Assembly: GCA_964464175.1 (NCBI GenBank)
Contig: CAYXFD010000006.1
Span: 2,893 to 66,892, forward strand
DNA from: an uncultured Candidatus Cloacimonadota bacterium
GTDB lineage: Bacteria > Cloacimonadota > Cloacimonadia > Cloacimonadales > JAJBBL01
DNA: 64,000 nt
Reading direction: 5' to 3'
Shown: positions 39,644 through 49,408 of the stretch, in pieces
How positions within the stretch are numbered: the stretch's first letter is position 1
Layout of the letters: each line of letters starts with the position of its first letter
Position numbers and translations under genes: made by a program
The notes under the pieces: model-generated
Databases searched by the model: none
Told to the model about the DNA's origin: nothing
Seen by the model: the letters and a program-made list of their open reading frames with translations, nothing else

Positions 39644-40696
39644 TTAGAAAAAGATACTGAATAACCCGATGAGCAGAACAGTTACCGGAACGCAGATTAG
39701 AGTTGACCAGGTGATACTGTGAGCAGTCGCTCTTTTATCCAAGCCGTAGGGGACTAAAAACATATTAGTACTGGTTATTGGTAAAGCTGTATTAATTACG
39801 ATAACGGCAAACCACGATGCTGGGATGATATTCAGGATAAGAAGTAAACCAAAGATCGCAGCAAAAACCAGGGGTGTATAGACCGCTGTCAGCAGAAAGA
39901 TCTGCCGTACCCATCTCCAGTGTTCGTCAGTCTCCTCTTTATCTAATCCGGCAAGTTTTTTCAATTCCCCTATCTTCAGATCATTAGGGTGAATTCCTGA
40001 CCCGACATAATACAAGGCTGCAGGGATAGTCAGAGCAGTATAGAAACGGAGAAGGATGCCGAAATCACCCCAATCTCGGGTAGTTAAACCTGTTAATCTT
40101 TGTAAGAATATAGCTGCTACTGCAAAACTGATAAAATACCAGGGATAAACCTTGAGAAACCAGGGTAGATGAACCGGTTCATCTCTTTCCTTTTGTTCTC
40201 TATTGTTTAGATGCAGAAGTGTATAAGGTACAACAGCAAAAAGAGCTACACCAACAAAGGCCATAAAAATTCCGGCAGGAACTCCCCAGCCGGGAATTGT
40301 TAGCATTGCCCCGCCGACAAAGGCAGAACTTCTTCCTTGGTTAGTAAGCACGGTTTTCATGTATAATCTTGCTTGGGATTTCTTGAGATCGTGCTTCCTG
40401 ATTCGGGAAAGGGCAAAAATATAAGCTAAGACATACATACCGGAAATCGTTAAAACAACAAGAATAACGAAAAAGAGTTCACGCAAACCTATAGGAGTAT
40501 CAAAAAAGATCCGGAAAACTAACACCGGCACAAAACAATATAGTATGATCAAGCCTATCTGTTTCATTGTTCTGTCGATTCTTTCCTGCGGGAAAAATAG
40601 AGTCAGAGAAGATGAAACAAGAAAACCGACCAGTATCCAGGGAAGGGTGTACAGGCCGGAAATATAAGGAATAATGCTTTGGATTAAATCTATCAT
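39644..40696 (-). CDS. polytopic membrane transporter (AEC / auxin-efflux-carrier-like)
   Basis: 350 aa with about 10 predicted TM helices in a 5+5 layout and a central hydrophilic loop. The family call is tentative. Confidence 0.45.
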   Translation of the reverse strand: MIDLIQSIIPYISGLYTLPWILVGFLVSSSLTLFFPQERIDRTMKQIGLIILYCFVPVLVFRIFFDTPIGLRELFFVILVVLTISGMYVLAYIFALSRIRKHDLKKSQARLYMKTVLTNQGRSSAFVGGAMLTIPGWGVPAGIFMAFVGVALFAVVPYTLLHLNNREQKERDEPVHLPWFLKVYPWYFISFAVAAIFLQRLTGLTTRDWGDFGILLRFYTALTIPAALYYVGSGIHPNDLKIGELKKLAGLDKEETDEHWRWVRQIFLLTAVYTPLVFAAIFGLLLILNIIPASWFAVIVINTALPITSTNMFLVPYGLDKRATAHSITWSTLICVPVTVLLIGLFSIFF

Positions 40697-40907
40697 TGAT
40701 GAAACCCCTTGGGATTGTAATTTTTATAAAGTGAAGGAGTGTTTCCGGTGTGAGTTTTTTTAGCCTTCAGCAAAGAACGAACGAGGATAACAATGTCCTA
40801 TTCAAAAAAGCGTAACTCTTCATACTACTCTCCCTACGCCGTCATTGGCAAAAAAACGTTATTATTATAGTATGTTGATTAGGACTATCTTGAGGGAGAA
40901 TCAGCTC

Positions 40908-41663
40908 TTAGGATTTCTTCTGAGGATCGGGAAAGAGACTCTTTAACTCAACCGGGAAGGGGAAAGTAAAGATAGAACCCTGCTTACTGGAAATCTCGCT
41001 CAGAGTGCGCAAAGTTCTTACGTATAATGCTCCTTCCTGAGTTGAAAGTATTTTTGCCGCATCTGCTAATTTTTCGGCAGCCTGCATTTCACCTTCTGCC
41101 TGAACTATGATCGCTCTTCTCTCCCTTTCTGCGGTAGCTTGACGGGAAATTGCTTTCTGCAGGGCTTCGGGAATGCCAACATCCTTGATCTCGACCGCAG
41201 TTACTTTAATACCCCAGGGGTCGGTCGCTTCATCAAGGATTTTTTGGATCTGAGTGTTGAGTTTATCACGCTCGGAAAGAATCTCATCCAGATCTGCCTG
41301 TCCGGCAACACTACGGAGTGTGGTTTGAGCTAACTGGGCAGTAGCATAACGGTAATCTTCCACATTGACAACTGCTTTACTCGGATCAACTACTCTGTAA
41401 TAAACCACTGCATTAACACTCCCGGTAACGTTATCTCTGGTGATTACTTCCTGCGTCGGAACGTCTAATGTTACTATCCTTAGGGGAATTCGGAGTACAC
41501 GGTCAATAATCGGAATAATTATGACAATTCCCGGACCCTTTTCTTTCGTCAGCCTGCCGAGACGAAAAACAACGAGTCTTTCATATTCACGAACTACCCT
41601 GATAGCTGACATAATAAAGATAAACAGAATAACGATAATCGGATACATAAACTGATTTAACAT
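40908..41663 (-). CDS. SPFH/band-7 stomatin-like protein (slipin)
   Basis: 251 aa with an N-terminal TM and [18 protein letters not shown]...[14 protein letters not shown]...AERERRA. Confidence 0.85.
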   Translation of the reverse strand: MLNQFMYPIIVILFIFIMSAIRVVREYERLVVFRLGRLTKEKGPGIVIIIPIIDRVLRIPLRIVTLDVPTQEVITRDNVTGSVNAVVYYRVVDPSKAVVNVEDYRYATAQLAQTTLRSVAGQADLDEILSERDKLNTQIQKILDEATDPWGIKVTAVEIKDVGIPEALQKAISRQATAERERRAIIVQAEGEMQAAEKLADAAKILSTQEGALYVRTLRTLSEISSKQGSIFTFPFPVELKSLFPDPQKKS

Positions 41664-41666
41664 AAC

Positions 41667-42965
41667 TTATTCTCCTTCTTTTTCTAAAAGTTTTACGATG
41701 AGAGTTAAAGATTGTTCCTTGATAACTTCAACTTCTTTACCGACAGGGATTGTAGAACCATCAGCACTACGGGCACTCCACAATTCTCCTTTTGCTTTTA
41801 TCATCCCTATCGGAGCAATCTCCTCAACGGTTATGCCTCTTCTGGGCAGGGTGAGATTCAGCAATTCTGTCTGAGGATGTTTACGGGCTGTGATAATTCT
41901 TTGAATCACAAAGATCAGTATAATTGCTATACCGACCACTATCCCGATTACTGTCCTGATAAAGGTGCCATACCAGTCAAAACCCATCAATGGTTCGTGG
42001 GGAAGCAGCAGAGCTCCAAGCAGAAGAGAGATAATCCCTCCAATCCCTAAGACTCCGAAGCCGGAGGTGAAGATCTCTGCGATGATCAAACCAAAACCGG
42101 CAAAGAGGAGCACAATCCCTGCTGTATTGGTGTCAAACAGACCAATACCATAAATCCCCATTATCAAAAGAATTGCTCCCAATACTTCCGGAACAAAAGT
42201 CCCGGGATTACTTAAACCGAAATATAAACCCATCAATCCAAGCATCAAAAAAAAGAAAGCCATTTGGGGATTGCTTATCCATTTGTGAAAACGTTCCTTA
42301 AAACTCATTTCATGATAGATCAGATCTGCCTGTTCGGTATTTAACTCATAAGATTTACCCTGTTTTTCTACCACAGTGCCATGGATTTGCTGTAAGAGGC
42401 TCTGCAGGGTCGGAGCTAGATAATCTATCAGACCCTCATCTAAGGCTTCGGAAGCTGTTAAAGTCAGATTATCTTCAACGAACCCGCTGGCAATATGTTT
42501 GGGTCGTTCCGTCTGTTCAGCCAGACTGCGGGCATGATTCGCCAGGAATTTCTCTGTTTTGTCACTCGCTTCCTGAACTCCTTCCGGGGTAATCGACAAA
42601 GGTTGAGCTGCACCTATGGTAGTGCCTGGAGCCATAACAGCAATATCACTCGCCATGACGATGAAGGCACCGGCAGAGGCTGCGATAGCTCCTGACGGGG
42701 CAACATAGACAACTACCGGTATAGGGGCATTCAAGATCGCCTCATTGATCTTAAAAGTCACATCTACCAGACCACCTGGCGTGTTTAATCTGATGATGAA
42801 GACCTCGCTGCCTGACAGTGTTGCCTTTTCCAATTCTCTTTCCAGAAAGGTAAGCTGCCCTCTGGTTATCATGTTCTCAATATCTATAACAGATACTCTT
42901 TGAGCTTGCAGCGACAGACAACTTATTACCAGAATAAAACAGATAAATGCCAGTATCTTTTTCAT
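41667..42965 (-). CDS. NfeD-family membrane-bound ClpP-class serine protease
   Basis: 432 aa. Signal peptide, ClpP-like N-domain (IRLNTPGGLVD, SAGAFI), four or more TMs, and a C-terminal OB-fold (GELWSARS...VEVIKEQSLTLIV). Only a 3-nt gap separates it from the stomatin gene. Confidence 0.85.
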   Translation of the reverse strand: MKKILAFICFILVISCLSLQAQRVSVIDIENMITRGQLTFLERELEKATLSGSEVFIIRLNTPGGLVDVTFKINEAILNAPIPVVVYVAPSGAIAASAGAFIVMASDIAVMAPGTTIGAAQPLSITPEGVQEASDKTEKFLANHARSLAEQTERPKHIASGFVEDNLTLTASEALDEGLIDYLAPTLQSLLQQIHGTVVEKQGKSYELNTEQADLIYHEMSFKERFHKWISNPQMAFFFLMLGLMGLYFGLSNPGTFVPEVLGAILLIMGIYGIGLFDTNTAGIVLLFAGFGLIIAEIFTSGFGVLGIGGIISLLLGALLLPHEPLMGFDWYGTFIRTVIGIVVGIAIILIFVIQRIITARKHPQTELLNLTLPRRGITVEEIAPIGMIKAKGELWSARSADGSTIPVGKEVEVIKEQSLTLIVKLLEKEGE

Positions 42966-43024
42966 ATAAACCTCAATTCTTGTCTTTAGAAAAGAACAGT
43001 TTAAAAAGTCTCAATCTAAAAATG

Positions 43025-44449
43025 CTAATCGCTTGCTCTCTTGTTTTTGCTTTTCAGGATGTCCTCAATTTCGCCAGCCTCTGTCTCCAATTCATTTGCA
43101 ATAGCTTCAGTCTGCCATCCTGCTCTGTGTAACTGCAAGATTAACTCGGCTTTAAGATCTTTTGAGGGCATTGTCGAGGGTTTTGTATCCCCCTTTTTTA
43201 CCTCTCCTTCTTTGTCCTGCAAATCCTCTGTTTGTTCATTCTTTTCTTCAGGATGAATCTTTTCTGAGAAAAGATTAGTTCTTGGTTCAGCAGGTTCTTT
43301 CTCTTCAGTAGTCTTTTGTTCAGTCTCATCTTCACTTACCAGCTCAGATTTTTCCTGAGGATCTATTATTCCGGTATTTTCCGGAAATTCTTCGGAAAAG
43401 GTGTCAACATCTATAAGCCTTTTTTTCTGAACAGAGCGGAAAAAAAGCATCATAATCACTGATGTGACGATAGCAATAAGGATGATAATCAAATACCAAT
43501 ACCAGGGAAGAAACGCTGCAGGTTTTGCATCTCTGAACATAGAAGGAAAGTGTGTTTTGAGCTCTTCATCCTCTCCTATGGAAAGAAAAACACTTTCAAC
43601 ATTATTGATCATTTCCCTGAGGAGAGGATCTTTATAGTCAAGTTTTGTGAGGATGCTCCTAATCTCTTGTTCATTACCATACAGAGATCCGGACAGAGCG
43701 AGCAGCAGTTGTTGACGGTTCAGGTTTCCTGCCCGCAGGAAATTATTGCGGTATTCAACAAAAGCTTCTGCTGACTCATCACTAAAACCGGTGTCTTTAA
43801 TCCCCAAAACAAATAGATGAGCTTGAGCTTTGAGATATTCCGGATCTTGATAACGGACTTTTCTGAAAAGCTCTCCGGCAGTTTTTTTGTCGTTTCGCAA
43901 CAAAGCCAGATTAGCGAGAAAATAGTTTACTCCGGTTTTTTCAGGCACAGAAACTGCCAATTCCTTAAACAGCTTTTCTGCTCTCCGGAAAAAACTGGCT
44001 GAATAATAAAACTTGGCGAAGATATATTTCTCTTCATTGTTCTCAGGTGTAAGTTTATCGTAGATATCCAAGACAAGTTTATAATCGGGTTTTTCCAAAA
44101 GAAAATACTTGAGATGTCCCGATTGCTGAGTAGCTATAGTAATGACAAGACGGTTTTTATTCTCTTCATTGATGCGGATAGATTTGAGGACTGGAGTGTC
44201 AAAATTCTGGTTCAGAGCTACCTGAGGGTTTCTTGCAATTCCCATCAAAGTAATAACTATCTGCTGGTTTTCTTTCTGGTGCTCCACTCTGTAACTCGGT
44301 TTACCGCTGAAGACAAACACGGTACGGTTAATGAGTTCATAATCCCACTGATAGATATCTGTTAATTCTTTGCCCATCAAGTCGGAAAAGAGGACAAACA
44401 GCATAATAATTACTGCCAAAGAAATAGTAAAAAGTTGACTGAATCTCAT
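43025..44449 (-). CDS. hypothetical bitopic membrane protein (AMIN-like + TPR-like ectodomain, acidic cytoplasmic tail)
   Basis: 474 aa with an N-terminal anchor. AMIN-like segment (VFVFSGKPSYRVEH...IVITLMG...RLVITIA...KLVLDIYD). TPR-like helices. Second TM (WYWYLIIILIAIVTSVIMMLFF). E/K-rich tail. Confidence 0.4.
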   Translation of the reverse strand: MRFSQLFTISLAVIIMLFVLFSDLMGKELTDIYQWDYELINRTVFVFSGKPSYRVEHQKENQQIVITLMGIARNPQVALNQNFDTPVLKSIRINEENKNRLVITIATQQSGHLKYFLLEKPDYKLVLDIYDKLTPENNEEKYIFAKFYYSASFFRRAEKLFKELAVSVPEKTGVNYFLANLALLRNDKKTAGELFRKVRYQDPEYLKAQAHLFVLGIKDTGFSDESAEAFVEYRNNFLRAGNLNRQQLLLALSGSLYGNEQEIRSILTKLDYKDPLLREMINNVESVFLSIGEDEELKTHFPSMFRDAKPAAFLPWYWYLIIILIAIVTSVIMMLFFRSVQKKRLIDVDTFSEEFPENTGIIDPQEKSELVSEDETEQKTTEEKEPAEPRTNLFSEKIHPEEKNEQTEDLQDKEGEVKKGDTKPSTMPSKDLKAELILQLHRAGWQTEAIANELETEAGEIEDILKSKNKRASD

Positions 44450-44865
44450 CTATTACTCCTCATCATTATCTCGTGCTAAAATGATATTTTATAACATCAA
44501 AATTTTGAGCTTATAGCAAAAATCTTTACAAAACAATATATTGCTAAGACCTTTTCCATGTCAATATAAGTTTTGCTGTTTCTCTGATTCCAGAGGTTAC
44601 GGTTTTTCCCCATAATAACAGGGTCTGTAGTCGATGAGCCTTCAGTCTGGTTGCAACTCTATATCTGTCCCTCAAGGTTGGTGGATTGGTATTTAACAAG
44701 AGCTGATCTTAGGTATAATAAACGATCAGACTGGACAGCAATCGTTTTTTCCAAGATTTAGCATCAATTACAGCTCAAATTATTCCTGAAATTAAAGGAG
44801 AAAGCTATTAATCCTTGACGGTTTTTCTTCTTAAACTGTTTTGAAAAAAAACGGAGTCAGCCGAG

Positions 44866-46041
44866 ATGGATAAAAAAACTCGCCCGAAGAAGGCTAAAAC
44901 AGCTAAAGTGAAGAAAAAGAAAAGAAACAAACAGCGTAAATCACCTCTCAGTCTTGTTATAATTGTCATCTTACTTGCTGTTATTGCCGTTCTTCTGTTC
45001 AGAACTTTCAGGCAGAAGGAGGTAACACCAGATCTTCCGGAGATAGCCAGGATCGAAGATGCAATTAAACATGCTGCCGATCAGTTAGGTGTGCCTGATG
45101 ATCTTTACCGGACGAGTGTCAGGGATGATGGAATCTATATTTTTATCACCTTAGATCGGGAGAGAGTTGATCTTGTCTTTGCCAATATGATAATTACCGG
45201 ACAGGTAGAAATGGCAGGGGGAGAGATTGTCAGCGGTACTGAAACCTCAGGAGGTTCAGTTCATACGTTAAGGATCCGGGATAAGGAAGCAGAGAAAGAT
45301 TTTATTGTCAGATTAACCTTCGACCGGCAGAGCAGATATCCGGAAAAAGGACCGAGATTAGCGATTATAGTCGATGATTTCGGTGAATTTGCCGGATCAC
45401 TATTAGACGGATACTTAGAGACTGATCCCAATGTCACCTTTGCTATACTGCCCGGATTGCGTCATACCCGCACCGTTTTGGACAGAGCATTATCTATGGG
45501 AAGAGAAGTGATCCTGCACATCCCGATGGAACCGGTGGGTTATCCCCGTAATAATCCGGGAGACAATCCGATTCTGGTCGAGCAGAGCGAGAGAGAGATA
45601 AACCGGATTTTGGAAGGTCATCTGAGACAGTTACCGGGAGTGTTGGGAGCTAATAATCACATGGGGAGTTTAGCTACTGCTGACGAAAGAGTAATGACAG
45701 TAGTCTTGGGGCTTTTAGCTAAACATGGGTTATACTTTGTGGACAGCAGGACGACACCGCATACAATAGCTGTTGAAGTAGGACAGAGGATGCATGTACC
45801 CGTAACTCAGCGAGATCTTTTTCTCGATGACCCCGACAGTTCGGAAGCGACGATGAGAGAGAGGCTGGCTCAATTGCGTAATCTTAAAGAGCAAAAAGAT
45901 CAGGTTGTTGTCATTACCCATTGTTTTGACCGGCAAAGGCTTAATATTCTCAACAAGTTTATCATTGAGGCTCAAAAGATGGGTTTTGAGATTGTTCCGG
46001 TATCCCAGCTTTTTATCACCGATCTACCAGAGATACTCTAA
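44866..46041 (+). CDS. divergent polysaccharide deacetylase family protein (YibQ-like)
   Basis: 391 aa with a K-rich N-terminus and TM. Motifs LAIIVDDFGE, FAILPG, HIPMEP, NNHMGS and FVDSRTT. Confidence 0.75.
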   Translation: MDKKTRPKKAKTAKVKKKKRNKQRKSPLSLVIIVILLAVIAVLLFRTFRQKEVTPDLPEIARIEDAIKHAADQLGVPDDLYRTSVRDDGIYIFITLDRERVDLVFANMIITGQVEMAGGEIVSGTETSGGSVHTLRIRDKEAEKDFIVRLTFDRQSRYPEKGPRLAIIVDDFGEFAGSLLDGYLETDPNVTFAILPGLRHTRTVLDRALSMGREVILHIPMEPVGYPRNNPGDNPILVEQSEREINRILEGHLRQLPGVLGANNHMGSLATADERVMTVVLGLLAKHGLYFVDSRTTPHTIAVEVGQRMHVPVTQRDLFLDDPDSSEATMRERLAQLRNLKEQKDQVVVITHCFDRQRLNILNKFIIEAQKMGFEIVPVSQLFITDLPEIL

Positions 46042-46141
46042 TAGTAGTGGATAATAGCACAGAGAAGATTTTTTCTACAGTAAAATCACCCTTACTATGG
46101 AAAATCCGTCATTACACATTCATTCTTAGGAGGGAGCCACA

Positions 46142-46948
46142 GTGACCTTCACTATTAAGGCATTAATCCTGGGAATAATCCAGGGAATAACGGAATTTGT
46201 TCCGGTAAGCAGTTCCGGTCACCTTGTTTTAGCAAATCATTTTATCGGTTTAGAGCTTCAGGATATTACCTTTGAGATCGCTCTCCATATAGGAACTCTG
46301 TTATCCGTATTGATCTTTTTCAGAAAGGAGATTCTTATTCTCCTTTCTTCTCTCTATAATATTCGGGACAGATCAAAAGAGAGGGTCAGAGACCGCAGAA
46401 TTATTCTCTATCTACTTACCGGAACAGTTGTAACCGGATTTTTGGGGATAATGATGAAAGCCTCAGTAGAGAAGGTGTTCTATAATCCTCTTTTTTCCGC
46501 TTTTATGTTGCTGGTCACCGGAACAATAATCTTTATCAGTGACTATATAAGACCCGGAGAGATCTTAATGGCTAAGACCGGGATAGGCAAATCAGTTATC
46601 ATCGGGATCAGTCAGGCTTTTGCTATCCTTCCCGGTATTTCCCGCTCCGGCTCAACAATAGCTACTGGTATATTTCTCGGTTTAAAGAGAGCAGAAGCTG
46701 CCAGGTTTTCCTTTCTCCTATCCATTCCTGCGATACTGGGAGCGACATTATTCGATTTTCGTAAATTTACTGTCATAAGGACTGAATATTTGCCCGGTTA
46801 TGCTTTAGGAACAATAGCTGCATTTATCTCAGGCTACCTCGTTATATCCTTATTGCTGACGTTGATAAAAAAGAGACAATTGAAGTTCTTTTCGTTTTAC
46901 TGCTGGACAGTAGCAATACTCGTTATTCTTATCCTGCTTTTACCGTAA
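46142..46948 (+). CDS. uppP: undecaprenyl-diphosphate phosphatase
   Basis: 268 aa with a GTG start after AGGAGGGAG. Motifs GITEFVPVSSSGHL and PGISRSGSTI. Confidence 0.9.
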   Translation: MTFTIKALILGIIQGITEFVPVSSSGHLVLANHFIGLELQDITFEIALHIGTLLSVLIFFRKEILILLSSLYNIRDRSKERVRDRRIILYLLTGTVVTGFLGIMMKASVEKVFYNPLFSAFMLLVTGTIIFISDYIRPGEILMAKTGIGKSVIIGISQAFAILPGISRSGSTIATGIFLGLKRAEAARFSFLLSIPAILGATLFDFRKFTVIRTEYLPGYALGTIAAFISGYLVISLLLTLIKKRQLKFFSFYCWTVAILVILILLLP

Positions 46949-46954
46949 GGGATT

Positions 46955-47980
46955 ATGATGGCTCTGAACAAAGCTCTTACCTACCAATCTTTCATCAATA
47001 ATTTCGGAAAGGATAAACTGAGTAAGTTTTATCATGTTTATGGCCCTGAAGAGTATTTGAAGAAGAAGGTTCTGGATAGACTCATCAACAGACTGATCCC
47101 GGAAGAGCAAAGAGAATTTGATCTGGTTTTCTATTACGGAGATGATTGTGAGATAACACAGGTCCTCGATTCGATCAGTACCGAGCCTTTTTTCGCAACC
47201 GACAAGGTCATCATCGTGAGAAAATTCGATGCGATGAAAACGGCAAATCAGCAGAAAATGGTTGATTTTTTGAGTAATAATGAGATCTTTAACTATGTCA
47301 TTTTTACTTCCCATAATATTGATAACCGGTTAAAAATTGCTAAAGAGATCAACAAACTCGGAGTAAGTATTCACTGCCGCAGTCCCTATAAACCCGAGGA
47401 TATGCTCCCCTGGTTGAATGGAGAGATCACTTCCCGAGATAAGGAAATCGATCAGAAAGCAGCTTATCTTTTTGTTAACCGTGTCGAATTAGACTATCTT
47501 ATGGCGGCTAATGAACTGGAGAAACTCTTACTCTACACAATCAATACCAGAATGATATCGGTGGCTGATGTTCAGGTAAGCACCGGAGATTCAAGGTCCT
47601 ATACGATTTTTGATCTGATTAATGCCGTAGGGGACAGGGTGGTTGACAGATCGTTCATTATAACCGAGAATATGCTGGAAAACAAAGAATCGGCAGTTTT
47701 TCTGATAACGATGCTGCTACGGCTTTTTATCCAGTTATGGAAGATCAACAATCTCGTTGAGAAGGGTGTAACAACTACTGAGATTGAGTCAAAGTATCTG
47801 GCAGATATCTATATTTCTTTCCGCAAGAATTATCTCAGATTTGCCAGGAATTATTCTCTTTCCGGCTTTCCGGAAATCTTCTCGATCCTGTTAGAGGCAG
47901 ACAGTGACCTGAAATCACTCAACTTAGATGAGAAGCTGATAATAGAGAGAATGCTTTTCCGGATTTTTGCCCTCAGGTAA
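46955..47980 (+). CDS. holA: DNA polymerase III subunit delta
   Basis: 341 aa with the N-terminal pattern YHVYGPEEYLKKKVLDRL and a helical C-terminal domain. The position between uppP and era fits a housekeeping context. Confidence 0.75.
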   Translation: MMALNKALTYQSFINNFGKDKLSKFYHVYGPEEYLKKKVLDRLINRLIPEEQREFDLVFYYGDDCEITQVLDSISTEPFFATDKVIIVRKFDAMKTANQQKMVDFLSNNEIFNYVIFTSHNIDNRLKIAKEINKLGVSIHCRSPYKPEDMLPWLNGEITSRDKEIDQKAAYLFVNRVELDYLMAANELEKLLLYTINTRMISVADVQVSTGDSRSYTIFDLINAVGDRVVDRSFIITENMLENKESAVFLITMLLRLFIQLWKINNLVEKGVTTTEIESKYLADIYISFRKNYLRFARNYSLSGFPEIFSILLEADSDLKSLNLDEKLIIERMLFRIFALR

Positions 47981-47987
47981 CACAAAG

Positions 47988-48878
47988 ATGAATATTGCTG
48001 ATACTTTTAAATGCGGTTTTATCGTGATAATCGGGAAACCTAATGTCGGGAAATCTACCCTGATGAACAAGCTGGTCGGGGAAAAATTATCGATTGTATC
48101 TCCCAGACCGCAAACGACCCGGCATACTATCAAGGCTATTTATTCGGATGAGGAAGCTCAAATCGTTTTTCTCGACACTCCCGGCTTTTTAGAACCAAGA
48201 TACGAACTCCATCAACAGATGATCAATAAGGTTGTGAACTCTCTCAATGATGCCGATGTGATTGTCTATATCACCGATAATAACTATCCGACGGATTATG
48301 ACAGAAAGGTTACCTCCCTGATTCTTAAAAGAACCAAGATCCCGAAAATTGCTCTGGTCAATAAAAGGGATGTCATTCCGGAAGAACACCTGGCTAACTC
48401 CCTTTCTGAGTTGAAAGTAATGGGCTTTGACGAAGTTTTTGCCTTATCTGCAATTCATGATAGTGATTTGTCCCGGTTGCTGATCTTGTTCAAACACTAT
48501 CTTCCCTATTCTCCTCCTTTTTATGATCCGGAAAATCTTTCGGATCTACCGGTGAGATTCTTTGCCCAGGAGATTATCAGAGAACAGATATTTCTGCAGT
48601 TCAGGGATGAAATTCCCTACAGCAGCACGGTTACGGTCGAGTCATATCAAGAATTTCCTAATTTTGTGGAGATCAAAGCAAACATCTGGTTGGAACGCAA
48701 ATCACAAAAGATAATCTTCATAGGAGAGAATGGGAGCAAGATAAAGAGTGTCAGGATCGCAGCCGAGAAAGAGATCTATAAATTCGTTGGAAAGAGGATA
48801 AAACTGGAATTATGGGTCAAGTTAAAAGCTAATTGGCGGAAAAAACGAAATGCCTTGAAAGAATTCGGGTATCTATGA
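47988..48878 (+). CDS. era: GTPase Era
   Basis: G1 GKPNVGKST, G3 DTPG, G4 NKRD, and a C-terminal KH domain. The ATG at 47988 lies 7 nt after the holA stop, although the ORF track opens at 47967. Confidence 0.92.
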   Translation: MNIADTFKCGFIVIIGKPNVGKSTLMNKLVGEKLSIVSPRPQTTRHTIKAIYSDEEAQIVFLDTPGFLEPRYELHQQMINKVVNSLNDADVIVYITDNNYPTDYDRKVTSLILKRTKIPKIALVNKRDVIPEEHLANSLSELKVMGFDEVFALSAIHDSDLSRLLILFKHYLPYSPPFYDPENLSDLPVRFFAQEIIREQIFLQFRDEIPYSSTVTVESYQEFPNFVEIKANIWLERKSQKIIFIGENGSKIKSVRIAAEKEIYKFVGKRIKLELWVKLKANWRKKRNALKEFGYL

Positions 48879-48964
48879 GTTCTCTCTGGTAAAGAGTCAA
48901 AAATGAATTGACACAATAGTGGCTGTTTTTAGTTTGTCCATCAAGTTTGACAAAATTGTTATCC

Positions 48965-49049
48965 GGAGGATTAGCCTAATTGGCAAGGCAGCGGTCTTGA
49001 AAACCGCCGGGTTTATCCCTTGGGGGTTCGAGTCCCTCATCCTCCGCCA
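48965..49049 (+). tRNA. tRNA-Ser (anticodon TGA), CCA encoded
   Basis: Acceptor GGAGGAT/ATCCTCC, anticodon stem GCGGT/ACCGC, loop CTTGAAA, 14-nt variable arm, T-loop TTCGAGT. Confidence 0.88.
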
Positions 49050-49062
49050 GTTATTCAAAAAC

Positions 49063-49155
<93 letters not shown>

Positions 49156-49178
49156 TTATTGAGCTTAGCTTTTTGTTC

Positions 49179-49253
49179 TGGGCCGTCGTCAAGTGGTAAG
49201 ACACATGGTTTTGGTCCATGCATTCGGGGGTTCGAATCCTCCCGGCCCAGCCA
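49179..49253 (+). tRNA. tRNA-Gln (anticodon TTG), CCA encoded
   Basis: Acceptor TGGGCCG/CGGCCCA (U1-A72, as in bacterial tRNA-Gln), anticodon stem CATGG/CCATG, loop TTTTGGT. Confidence 0.88.
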
Positions 49254-49293
49254 TTCTAATGCTGAGTTCTATTGGTTTTACTCTCGTTTAAGA

Positions 49294-49367
49294 TGGGATG
49301 TCGTCTAAAGGTAGGACAACGGATTCTGGTTCCGTCTGTAGGGGTTCGAATCCTCTCATCCCAGCCA
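49294..49367 (+). tRNA. tRNA-Gln (anticodon CTG), CCA encoded
   Basis: Acceptor TGGGATG/CATCCCA, anticodon stem ACGGA/TCCGT, loop TTCTGGT, T-loop TTCGAAT. Confidence 0.88.
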
Positions 49368-49408
49368 TTTTTCCCTCAATAATTCCATTTACTGCTGCAA
49401 TTATAGTA

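Noticed and set aside
44720-44750. Terminator-like hairpin AAACGAT/ATCGTTT plus T-run, suggesting an sRNA upstream of the YibQ-like gene.
   Set aside because: The stem is only 7 bp and A/T-rich, with a 14-nt loop. A perfect TATAAT (44714-44719) directly abuts it, so it may simply lie at a transcription start.
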